Source: an uncultured Gemmatimonadales bacterium
GTDB taxonomy: Bacteria; Gemmatimonadota; Gemmatimonadetes; Gemmatimonadales; GWC2-71-9
Direction: 5' to 3'
Length of the DNA stretch: 64,000 bases
Assembly (NCBI GenBank): GCA_963832055.1
Contig: CAWHST010000001.1
Span: 2,183 to 66,182, forward strand
In this document: piece after piece, positions 55,230 through 64,000 of the stretch
Layout of the letters: every line of letters begins with the position of its first letter
Numbering within the stretch: position 1 is the stretch's first letter
Translations under genes and position numbers: made by a program
Notes under the pieces: generated by a model
Database searches by the model: none
Seen by the model: the letters and a program-made list of their open reading frames with translations, nothing else
Told to the model about the DNA's origin: nothing

Positions 55230-55663
55230 GTTCTGTCCTTCTCGCCCCCGCCCTCATGCCCCCACACGATCTCCACCCCCGCCACTTGCTCCGGGTGGCT
55301 GATGAAGCCTACCACCCTCCGGTCGCTGTCCACCACCGTGATGGTGGGCCTGAGATGCGATTCGTTGGGGTCCAGGTCCATGCGGACCCGGTAGCCCTCC
55401 ATCTCCTGATCCGGCTCCACCACCGGTGAGTTGGTCCGCATGAGGGTGTCGACCCTGGTGTGCCAGGGATGCTTTCCCTCCGCCAGGCATCGGGTGACCA
55501 GGTCGCGGTCGCTCAGGGTGCCGAGGAATCGGCGGGTGCGGTGGTCGTCCACCACGGGGACCACCGAGATGTTGCGGGTCTTGAGCATGATCGCCACTTC
55601 GCTGGCCATCGCGCCGGCGACCGCGACGTGCGGATCGGGGACCATCGCTTCCGAAGCTTTCAT
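55223..55663 (-). CDS. CBS domain protein
   Basis: MKASEAM...VVPVVDD...GTLSDRDLV. Confidence 0.8.
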   Translation of the reverse strand: MKASEAMVPDPHVAVAGAMASEVAIMLKTRNISVVPVVDDHRTRRFLGTLSDRDLVTRCLAEGKHPWHTRVDTLMRTNSPVVEPDQEMEGYRVRMDLDPNESHLRPTITVVDSDRRVVGFISHPEQVAGVEIVWGHEGGGEKDRTA

Positions 55664-55694
55664 GTGGCTCAATTTGCCCCCTGAGGCATACGGG

Positions 55695-56525
55695 TCAAGG
55701 CCGTCCCACGGCCGCGAGCGCGTCGCGCGTGGCGCGATACCCGTCATCGGCATACTGGCGCGCGCGATCCACCCGGAAAGTGGCGCGCCGCTCCACCCGC
55801 GGCCGCACGTACACCAGCGGCGGCCTGCTGGCGTCCGCCCGCCAGAGCGCCACTTGGGCGGCAGTAGCGGTGGCCATGAGGGGGCCGACGGCCTCGTCAT
55901 GGGCCCGGACGAGGGGCGGGATGGACTCGGGACCCACGTCCACCGCGTCGAACCCGGGCCCGACGTCCACCCCCACTACCGTTTCACGCGCCAGTTTCGC
56001 GGCGACATCGAGCGGGAGCGGGCCGCGCAGCCCACCGTCCCCGCAGCGGCGGCCCGCCAGTCTTACCGCCGGCAAATACACCGGGAGCGCACAGGTCGCG
56101 CAGAGGACGTCCACCAATGGCGCATCCTCGCCCCCCTCGCCGAAGAGCAGTAGCCCGCCGGTATCGAGGTCCACGACGCTGATGGTGATCGGCACGGACA
56201 GGTCGGCGAACCGCCTGGCGGGGACGAGCTGTTCGATCGCACGCCGGAAGGGCGCGGCGCGGAGCAGCGACCGGGCGAAGAGTCCCTTCACCAGCGCGAG
56301 CGGATCCCGCGCCACGCCGGTCCTCCCCACCCCGGCGAGCCGTCCCAGGAGCGCCTCCCGGTCGGCTCCCCCTGCGAGCGCCGCCGCGACCACCGCCCCC
56401 ATCGAAGTGGCCACGTATCGCACCGGAGCGAGTCCGGCCTCCGCGACCGCCCGGGCGGCACCGACATGCGCGGCGGTCTTGGCGCCGCCGCCGCTCAGCA
56501 CCAGGGTGACCCCCGGCGCGCTCAC
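55695..56525 (-). CDS. Patatin-like phospholipase
   Basis: LSGGGAK, ATSMGA, DGG. Confidence 0.88.
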   Translation of the reverse strand: MSAPGVTLVLSGGGAKTAAHVGAARAVAEAGLAPVRYVATSMGAVVAAALAGGADREALLGRLAGVGRTGVARDPLALVKGLFARSLLRAAPFRRAIEQLVPARRFADLSVPITISVVDLDTGGLLLFGEGGEDAPLVDVLCATCALPVYLPAVRLAGRRCGDGGLRGPLPLDVAAKLARETVVGVDVGPGFDAVDVGPESIPPLVRAHDEAVGPLMATATAAQVALWRADASRPPLVYVRPRVERRATFRVDRARQYADDGYRATRDALAAVGRP

Positions 56526-56986
56526 GCCCGCTTCTGCCCCCGCCGGTGCTCCTCCGCTCTCGCGTAGCGCTCCCGCTCCTCGTCGGTCTCCGGCAGGAGG
56601 CGCGGCACCCGCTTGGGCTTCCCGTCGTCATCGATGGCCACGAACACCACGTGAGCGGTGTGGGTGTGCCGTCGCTCGCCGGTGCTCACCTTTTCGGCGT
56701 ACACGTCCACCGTGATGTCCATCGAGGAGTTGCCGACGAAGTCCACGGTCGCCACGCAGGTGACCAACGCGCCCACCGGGATCCGCTCCTTGAAGTCCAC
56801 CCGGTCGATCCTCGCGGTCACCGCCGGTCCGCCGGCATGCCGGATCGCGGCCACCGCCGCGGCCTGATCCACCAGCGCCATCAGCTCGCCGCCGAACAGA
56901 TCGCCCCGCACATTCTGCATGTGCGGCATGACGAAAGTGGTGATCGTCCCGGTGGAAGCGGACATCGGGCGGGAGTCGGCGGTCAT
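56522..56986 (-). CDS. Acyl-CoA thioesterase (hotdog fold)
   Basis: NVRGDLFGGELMALVD, VDFKERIPVG, VGNSSM. Confidence 0.88.
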   Translation of the reverse strand: MTADSRPMSASTGTITTFVMPHMQNVRGDLFGGELMALVDQAAAVAAIRHAGGPAVTARIDRVDFKERIPVGALVTCVATVDFVGNSSMDITVDVYAEKVSTGERRHTHTAHVVFVAIDDDGKPKRVPRLLPETDEERERYARAEEHRRGQKRA

Positions 56987-57100
56987 GGCAGTCGAGGCAT
57001 TCGCATGGCCGAAGATTGGTCCGACCTGTCGACTTTGCAAGATCGATCACCGGGTGCATACCTTGGGGATGATCGAGGGAACGGCAGCGGCGGAGGTGCG

Positions 57101-58923
57101 ATGAGGGGAGCGGACGGACGGTATCCACCCATCGAGTCCCATGCCATCATCGGCGACCTCCAGACCGTCGCGCTGGTGGGGCTGGACGGCTGCGTCGACT
57201 TTCTGTGTCTCCCCCACTTCGACTCACCCTCGGTCTTCGCCGGCCTTCTCGACGCCGACAACGGTGGAAGCTTCAAGATCGTTCCTCGCCTCGACCAGCC
57301 GCGCCACAAGCAGCTCTACCTCCCCGACACCAACGTGCTGCTGACCCGGTTCCTCGCCAGCGAGGGCGTGGTGGAGATCTCCGATTACATGCCGGTCCAT
57401 CCCCTGGAGCACACCTCCCGGCTGGTCCGCCGGGTCAAGACGGTCCGGGGAGAGATCCGCTTCCAGGTCCGGTGCGCCCCGCGCTTCGACTACGCCCGCG
57501 ATCGAGCACACGCTGGAGCTGGAGCCGGGTGGCGCGCGGTTCACGGGGGCCGACGGGTTGGTGCTGCGGCTGTCATCCACGGTGCCGCTCCGCTCGGAGC
57601 AGGGCGATGCCCTGGCCGACTTTACCCTGCGCGCCGGGGAGACCGCCACCTTCATCCTGGAGCAGGTGACCGGCAACTCGGCCTATCCCACCGACCTCGA
57701 TGCCTACGTCACCGGCTCGTTCAAGGAGACGATGAACTTCTGGCGCGAGTGGATGGGCCGCTCCAGCTACACCGGCCGGTGGCGCGACGCGGTGAATCGC
57801 TCCGCGCTCACCCTCAAGCTGCTCACTGCCCGCTGGAGCGGCTCGATCGTCGCCGCGGCCACCTTCGGGCTGCCCGAGACCATCGGCGGGGTGCGCAACT
57901 GGGACTACCGCTATTCCTGGATCCGAGACGCATCGTTCACCCTCTACGCGTTGACCCGACTGGGTATGGCCGACGAGACCGGCGCGTTCATCGCGTGGCT
58001 CGCCCGCCGCTTCGAGTCCTGCCGGCCCGAGACGCTCCGGACGCTCTACACCGTCGCCGGCGGAGCCGACGTGACCGAGCGGACGCTGGATCATCTGGAG
58101 GGCTATCGGGGCTCGCGCCCGGTCCGGGTCGGCAATGCCGCCGCCGATCAGCTCCAGCTCGACATCTACGGCGAGCTGCTCGACGCCATCTACCTGTACG
58201 ACAAGTACAAGGAGTCCACCAGCTACGAGCTCTGGGGACGGATCGCCGCACTGGTGGATTGGGTCGCCGACAACTGGCGGCTTCCGGACGACGGGATCTG
58301 GGAGGTGCGAAGCGGGCGGCGCGAGTTTCTCTACTCCCGGATCCTGTGCTGGGTGGCGATCGACCGCGGCATCCGCATGGCGGTCAAGCGGTCGTTCCCG
58401 GCGCCGTTGGCCCGGTGGCGCGAAGCGCGTGACGCCATCTATCGGGAGGTGCACGAGGGCTTCTGGGATCCGAAGATCGAGGCGTTTGTCGGGGTCAAGG
58501 GCACCACCCGGCTCGACGCCGCCTGCCTCATCATGCCGCTGGTGCGGTTCATCTCGCCCACGGATCCGCGGTGGCTCTCGACGCTCCGAGCGGTGGAAGC
58601 TCGGCTGGTGCAGGACTCCCTGGTCTACCGCTACGAGATCGAGGGGATCGAGACCGACGGGCTGGAGGGGGCGGAGGGCAGCTTCTCGCTCTGTTCCTTC
58701 TGGTACATCGAGTGCCTCTCCCGATCCGGCGACCTGCCGCAGGCCCGCTTCCTGTTCGAGAAGATGCTTGGGATACGCCAACCACGTCGGGCTGTACGCC
58801 GAGGAGATCGGACCGGCGGGAGAGCACCTGGGGAACTTCCCGCAGGCGCTCACTCACCTGGCGATGATCAGCGCGGCGTACGATCTCGATCGGAGGCTGT
58901 CGGGAGCCGGCTACGCGTCATGA
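57101..58923 (+). CDS. Glycoside hydrolase family 15 (trehalase/glucoamylase-like; frameshifted)
   Basis: [45 protein letters not shown]. Confidence 0.92.
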
Positions 58924-58950
58924 GATGCGCGGCGGGAATGTCTAAGCAAC

Positions 58951-59029
58951 AGCGTGAACAGTGAACGGTGAAAAGTGAAAGGGGTGTTCAGAGCTCTCCC
59001 TTTTACCTTTTACTGTTCACCGTTCACGC
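58951..59029. repeat. Heptamer-built palindrome, copy 7
   Basis: AGCGTGAACAGTGAACGGTGAAAAGTGAAAGGGG ... CCCTTTTACCTTTTACTGTTCACCGTTCACGC. Confidence 0.92.
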
Positions 59030-59038
59030 AGTTCACGT

Positions 59039-60894
59039 CTAGTAGTCCACCGGCCTCAGGTAATACTCCCCGATCGCCGTCGCACTCAGCATCGCCACCG
59101 TCGGCAGTCTTCGCTTCCAGTGGGTCGAGTCGAGGCGACGGCGGACCAGGTCCAGCTCCTCCTCGGTGTACCCCAGCGGAATGATGTCCGCGGTGCGGTA
59201 GCCGAGCAGGATCCAGTGGAGGATCGCGTCGGCCCGGGGATAGGAGATGCCGAAGTCGCCCTCGTCGGTCTGGCCCTGGATGAGGTCGGCGCTCGCGGGC
59301 TTGGAGACGATGACCTCCGGCACCTTCAGGTGCCGCGCGAGGGTCCAGACCTGGGTCTTGAACAGGTCACCGATCGGGTTCACCGGCGGTGAGTCGTCGG
59401 CATGCCAGGTGAAGTAGCCGAGCAGCCGCTCGGTCTTGTTGCCGGTGCCGACGGGAAGCGCGCGCTGGGCGGCGGAGATGTCGAACAGGGTGATCATGCG
59501 CGCGCGGGCCATGATGTTGCCCAAACGCGCGGGGTCGGGCGCGCCGCCGATCGCGGACGCCAGGCCGTCCACCGCGGCGCTGATCTCGACCGTCCTACCC
59601 TCGATGGCGAGCGCGTCGATCACCAGTTGGGCGTGCGCCAGGCTCTCCTGGCTGGAAGTGCGGTAGGGCATCCGCACGCCGATCACATTCTCCGCCCCGA
59701 GCGCCTCCGCCGCGAGAAACGCGACCAACGAGCTGTCCACGCCGCCGGATAGACCAATCACCACTTTCTCGAATCCGCGGCGGCGCTGCACTTCGTCCCG
59801 GAGAAACTCGACCAGCCAGCGCCGGGTGAGCTCGGGGTCGATGGCGAGCGGATCGGCGGATGGGCGGAACGGCGGAGCGGCGGACCGGCGGAGCGCGGCG
59901 GACGCGGCCCCGGGGCTTTCGCGCGTGGGTATCCTGTTGGCTCGCTTCTACAGCGGTCGCTTCGCCTGCACCCTTCCGCCGTTCCGCCGTTCCGTCGTTC
60001 CGCCCTTTTTCCCGCCTGCGCCGCGTGCAGCGATCCCAGCAGATGCGGCAGCCGCATCTCCAGATCCGCGAGGAGCGGCAGCTCGGCGCGGGCACGGGTG
60101 ATCTCCTCGAAGTCGAGCGTCGCCGGGATCAGCGCCTCCTCGAAGATCGGCCCTTGTGCCACCACGTCGCCCCGCGGCGACCCCACGATCGATCCGCCGG
60201 CAAATGCCTTCCCTCCCTCGAACCCCACCAGTTGCGCGAGGGCGACGTAGACGCCGTGCTCGCTCGCGATGTCCTGGACGATGCGGCTCCAGCGGCCGAG
60301 ACTCGCAGGGCGGCCCGGGCTACTGTCGTCTCCTGGCACCGGCCCGCGCGCGGGGCTGGCACTGGGCACGATGATGAGCTGGGCGCCATCCAGTGCCGCG
60401 AGCATCGGGGTGAACGAATGCCAGACGTCCTCGCAGATCAGGATCGCCGCCCGGCCCCAGGCCGTGTCGAACGCCTGGACGCTCCGGCCGGCCTCGACGA
60501 AACGCTCCTCGTCGAAGACACCGTAGGTAGGCAGGAACACCTTCCGGTGGACATGGCGAATCCCGGCATCGGGGCCGCCCAGCCTGGCGTAGATCGCCGA
60601 GTTGTAGAGGCGGTTCTGGTGGACCTCGTAGAAGCCCAGGGCGACGTCGAACGGCGGCGCCTTCGCGTCGCGGTGCTGTCCCGCCAAATCGTCGAACAGA
60701 TGGTCGGCGGAGATCGCGAGGTCGCGGACCCCTCCCTCGAGGAAATACCCGGTGAGCGCCGTTTCCGGCGCGACCATCAGGTCCGGCGGCTCGGCCCAGC
60801 CGCCGGCCTCCCGGAAGAGGACCCCCAGCCGGCAGAGGTTCTCTTCGTAGGCGCCCTTGTGGGGCCGGAGCTGGGCGATGGCAAGGCGGAGCAC
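59039..60894 (-). CDS. nadE: Glutamine-dependent NAD+ synthetase (nitrilase domain plus synthetase domain; frame break in the linker)
   Basis: APETALTGY, HRKVFLPTYGVFDE, ICEDVW; GLSGGVDSS, GTGNKTE, SADL. Confidence 0.88.
59855..60004. repeat. Octamer (GGCGGA-NN) inverted-repeat element inside the nadE linker
   Basis: GGCGGANN x5-6 at 59855-59904 facing (G/C)TTCCG(C/T)C x4 at 59973-60004. Confidence 0.8.
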
Positions 60895-61014
60895 ACCGGA
60901 AATGTAAGCTTTCGCGCATGCTTCGGTACATCGCCGCCCGGTGGGCGCACAGGCGGGCGCGACCTCCTGGACCTGCTTCGCCCGGGTGGATACGGGTGTA
61001 ATATTACGACCACC

Positions 61015-61480
61015 ATGCCCACGACCTTCCAGGCGCTCGAGCGCGTTCCCAACGCCTGCCAGCTCCTCCCCAACGTCGTGACCGGAGGCCAGCCATCCAC
61101 CGCGGATCTCGAGGCGTTTCGAGACGCGGGCGGCGGGATCGTGCTCGATCTCCGGGACCCCATGGAGCCCCGGCCGCTCGACGAGTCCGCGACCGCCGAG
61201 CGCCTGGGTCTGGAGTACGTGGTCGTCCCGGTTTCCGCGGGTACCATGACCGATGCGACGCTCGAGCGCATTCACTGCGATTCTGCGGGAAGCCGGCGAC
61301 CGGCCGCTGTTCATCCACTGCGGCAGCGGCAGCCGGGTGGGTGGCGCGCTGCTCCCCTACCTCATGCTGGAACACGGACTCGAGGAGGAGGACGCCATCG
61401 CCCAGGCGATGCGGGTCGGGCTCCGGAGCGCCGACCTGCTGGAGTGGGGGCTCGACTACGCCAGACGCAAGTCCATCTGA
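61015..61480 (+). CDS. PTP-like / DUF442 sulfurtransferase-like protein (frameshifted)
   Basis: TGGQPS, VLDLR, HCGSGSR (CX5R). Confidence 0.8.
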
Positions 61481-61492
61481 TCCCTGCGCGCT

Positions 61493-62407
61493 ATGGTCGT
61501 ACCTCTGCTGTTGGCGCAGGCACTCAGCACTCTTCCCGCCCCGACGGCGCAAGTCTGCGCTGAGCCCGATCGAGCTTCCCGAGCGGAGATCCTCCAGGCG
61601 ATGAGGGCCCACGGCGGGTACAGCATCACCAGCACTACCACCTCGATGCTCTTCGGGGCCGAGACGCTCCTCGCGATGGTTCGACGCAGAGAGCAGGACG
61701 ATCCCGGAAGTGGGCAGTTCCTCATCCATCAGTCGGACTGGTTCGCGGCGCACCTCGAGACCGCCGGCGTGACCTATGCCGAGATGTCGGCGTCGGCGCG
61801 GGCGGCCTTCGAGCATCATCAGGACGCCCTGGTGGAGTACGGACCGCAGGTGGTGGATCAGGCGGTGGAAGGCCCCCTGCCGCGCAGGGCCCTGGACGTC
61901 ACGATCTTCTGGCCCGACTCGGCGGGCGCCCCTTCCGGGTTCAGCTACAAGGACACGCTCTCGGTCCCCCGGATGGTGGTATACGACGACCGCATCGTCC
62001 GCTTCAAGCTGCTCGAGTACGATGACATGCTCGTGTTCGACGAGGTCAGCGGGATCTCGGTGCGGCCCATCGGATTCCTCTCCGCCGTGTTCGCGGTGAT
62101 CGGCAGGCCGGACCTGAAACAGACTCGCATCGCGGTTTCCGCCGACCACTGGCAGGTTGTGCGCGGCAAGGTGAAGCTGTTTCCGGGGCTCTCGAAGACC
62201 GGCACGGCGACGATCGAGCCGGACGGCCGCGGGCACGAGGGTATCCCACCGGAGCGAGACGACCTCACGGCCCTGAAGCAGCGGATGAGCCGACCGCTCG
62301 AGCTCAAGTACGGAGCGCCCTCGTGCCAGGCCCGCTTCAGGATGCGCCGCCACGGGGGGAGCTGCCAGCAAGTGATGGGGGGTGCCGGGAGGTGCGTCGG
62401 GAATTGA
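61493..62407 (+). CDS. Hypothetical secreted protein
   Basis: Signal-like N-terminus; 304-aa coherent ORF. Confidence 0.65.
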   Translation: MVVPLLLAQALSTLPAPTAQVCAEPDRASRAEILQAMRAHGGYSITSTTTSMLFGAETLLAMVRRREQDDPGSGQFLIHQSDWFAAHLETAGVTYAEMSASARAAFEHHQDALVEYGPQVVDQAVEGPLPRRALDVTIFWPDSAGAPSGFSYKDTLSVPRMVVYDDRIVRFKLLEYDDMLVFDEVSGISVRPIGFLSAVFAVIGRPDLKQTRIAVSADHWQVVRGKVKLFPGLSKTGTATIEPDGRGHEGIPPERDDLTALKQRMSRPLELKYGAPSCQARFRMRRHGGSCQQVMGGAGRCVGN

Positions 62408-62416
62408 GAGACGTCA

Positions 62417-62458
62417 AAAACGAGCGGGCCCCCGATGATCCGGGGGCCCGCTCGTTTT
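62417..62458. terminator. Bidirectional intrinsic terminator
   Basis: AAAACGAGCGGGCCCCC / GGGGGCCCGCTCGTTTT between convergent genes. Confidence 0.85.
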
Positions 62459-62474
62459 CCTGACTGAGTCTCGC

Positions 62475-64000
62475 TCAGCGCCGGCGACTGCCGCCCGACG
62501 ACGGGCTGCCTCCGCCACCGCTCCCGCCTCCACCTCGGCGATCACCCCCGCCGCCACCGCTCCAGCTCGACCCCGACGATGAGGACGGCGCCCGCTCGAC
62601 TCGCCCGCCGCCACCACTACTGCGATCGCCGCCGCGGTCGCCGCGGTCAGACGACCGGGGCTCCGACCGCGTTTCCCGCGGCGAGTCGTCCGAGCGACGA
62701 ACCGGACGCGCCTCCGGTTCCGGGCGCGACTCGCGCGCCGGGGAGGCCGCACGCGCCGGCGCCGCATCGCCTCGGCCCCGATCGTCCGTCGTCCTGCGCG
62801 GAGTCAGGTCCACCGGCAGGTTCTCCCGCCGCTCGCGGGCATCGGGAACCGCCCGCGGGTGTCTCTCGTGGCCGAGCCCGGCGGGCTTCGATCGCCGTCG
62901 ACTCATTCCGGTGGCGCTCAGCCGAACGCCGTGGCTCGGTGGACCCGATGGCGGTATTCCGGCGGTCGCCCAAATCGGTCCGGGCCGTGGTGCGCCTGGC
63001 CACCGTCGCCTCCGGACGCTCGACCTCGTGACGGTCCACCGCGCGGCGGACCGGCGAGGCATTGTCGGGCTCGGAGAACCGGGAGATCGGCGGGGTATAG
63101 ACCGTGTTCACCGCGCGGCCGAACGTGTAGCGGCGGTCGCGATAGTCGGTGCCCGCCAGGGTGCGGTCGCGGAACCGGTAGGGCGTGTAGGGCCGGTTCC
63201 AACGATCGTAGTAGCCGACGTTCCGGTAGTGGTACGGATAACCCCAGTGCGAGTAGTACGCCGGGCGATAGTAGTACGGCCGGTAGTAGTAGTACGGCCG
63301 GTAGTAGTACGGGTCGTAGAAGAACGGATCGTAGAACGGGTCGTACGCGTAGTGGAACGGCGAGTAGTAGTGCCGCCGGTAGAAGGGCCGGCCGAAGAAC
63401 AGGCTCACCGAGAGCCCGCTGCCGCAGCTCCGGTAATACCCGCAGCCGAAATCGTCGTAGTAGAAGCTGCTGTAGTACGACCGGTCGTAGGAGTAGTCGC
63501 TCGCGTAGACCCCGATCCACGACGTAGTAGTTCATGACGTCGTAGTCGAAGCTGCCCTGCGCCATCCGGCGCACCAGCTCGGTCAGCTCGGGCTCGGGGT
63601 CCTCCGCCAGCCGCCTGGGCTCGAGGGCCCGGTAGTCCCAATGGTCGCTGAGCACGAACTCGTCGAAGCGGAACGCCGAGCGGGAAACGGCGGCGTAGAC
63701 CGTGCCGCGGCCCGACCGGTCGCCGACGTCGAAGGCGTCGCGGCCGCCGCGGCCCTCGACCTCGTATTTCTTGCCGCCGCGGACGAAGTTGTCGTCGGTG
63801 GGGTCGAGCGGGAACAGGACGCGCAGGTGCCCTTCGGCGTCGGCGTGGAGCACGACCAGGTAGCCGTCGTCCTCGGTCCGCACGTGGACCCTGGCGCGGT
63901 CGCCCTCGGAGGAAACGCCCGTCGTTGTTGATCCAGATCTGAATCGGAGGATCGTCCGCGCTCGCGGCGGCCGGCCTGTCGGGGCCAGCCACGAGGAGGA
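62475..64000 (-). CDS. DUF4384 protein with Tyr-rich and Gly/Ser/Arg-rich tail (5'-truncated, frameshifted)
   Basis: VRTEDDGYLVVLHADAEGHLRVLFPLDP, YYRPYYYYRP repeats, low-complexity C-terminus. Confidence 0.75.

Noticed and set aside
41713-59029. Heptamer repeats as a CRISPR array
   Set aside because: They are dispersed inverted pairs without regular unique spacers, and no cas genes are present.
49469-60894. Programmed frameshifting or mass pseudogenisation of rnz, mlaD/F, mutY, GH15 and nadE
   Set aside because: Indels are scattered through housekeeping genes without slippery motifs, which is typical of long-read error.
63255-63315. GTAGTACGGCCG-type tandem repeats
   Set aside because: Explained by the coding YYRP repeats of the DUF4384 protein.

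Overview
High-GC bacterial window, probably Gemmatimonadota (inferred from the multiple Hanks-type kinase/TolB-TPR genes, an OAR-type TonB receptor and a DUF4384 protein). Many genes, including housekeeping ones, carry single-base frameshifts, which points to long-read indel errors. The left ~39.5 kb is an accreted, decaying accessory region at the 3' end of tRNA-Gln(CTG). It holds two further copies of the tRNA 3' end (33515 and 15099), tandem arm-like repeats, integrase stubs, integron attC sites or half-sites around defence-like cassettes, and a kinase-TonB receptor-kinase block. The right ~24 kb looks like core genome: tRNA-Gln/Ala, a CarH-controlled photolyase locus, rnz, mlaEFD, mutY, GH15 and nadE. 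It is studded with seven copies of a heptamer-built inverted-repeat element. Six copies are empty, and one holds a four-helix-bundle (23S-IVS/Avd-like) gene between its arms. That element is the best candidate for an undescribed system. All family assignments come from motif recognition by eye, not database searches.
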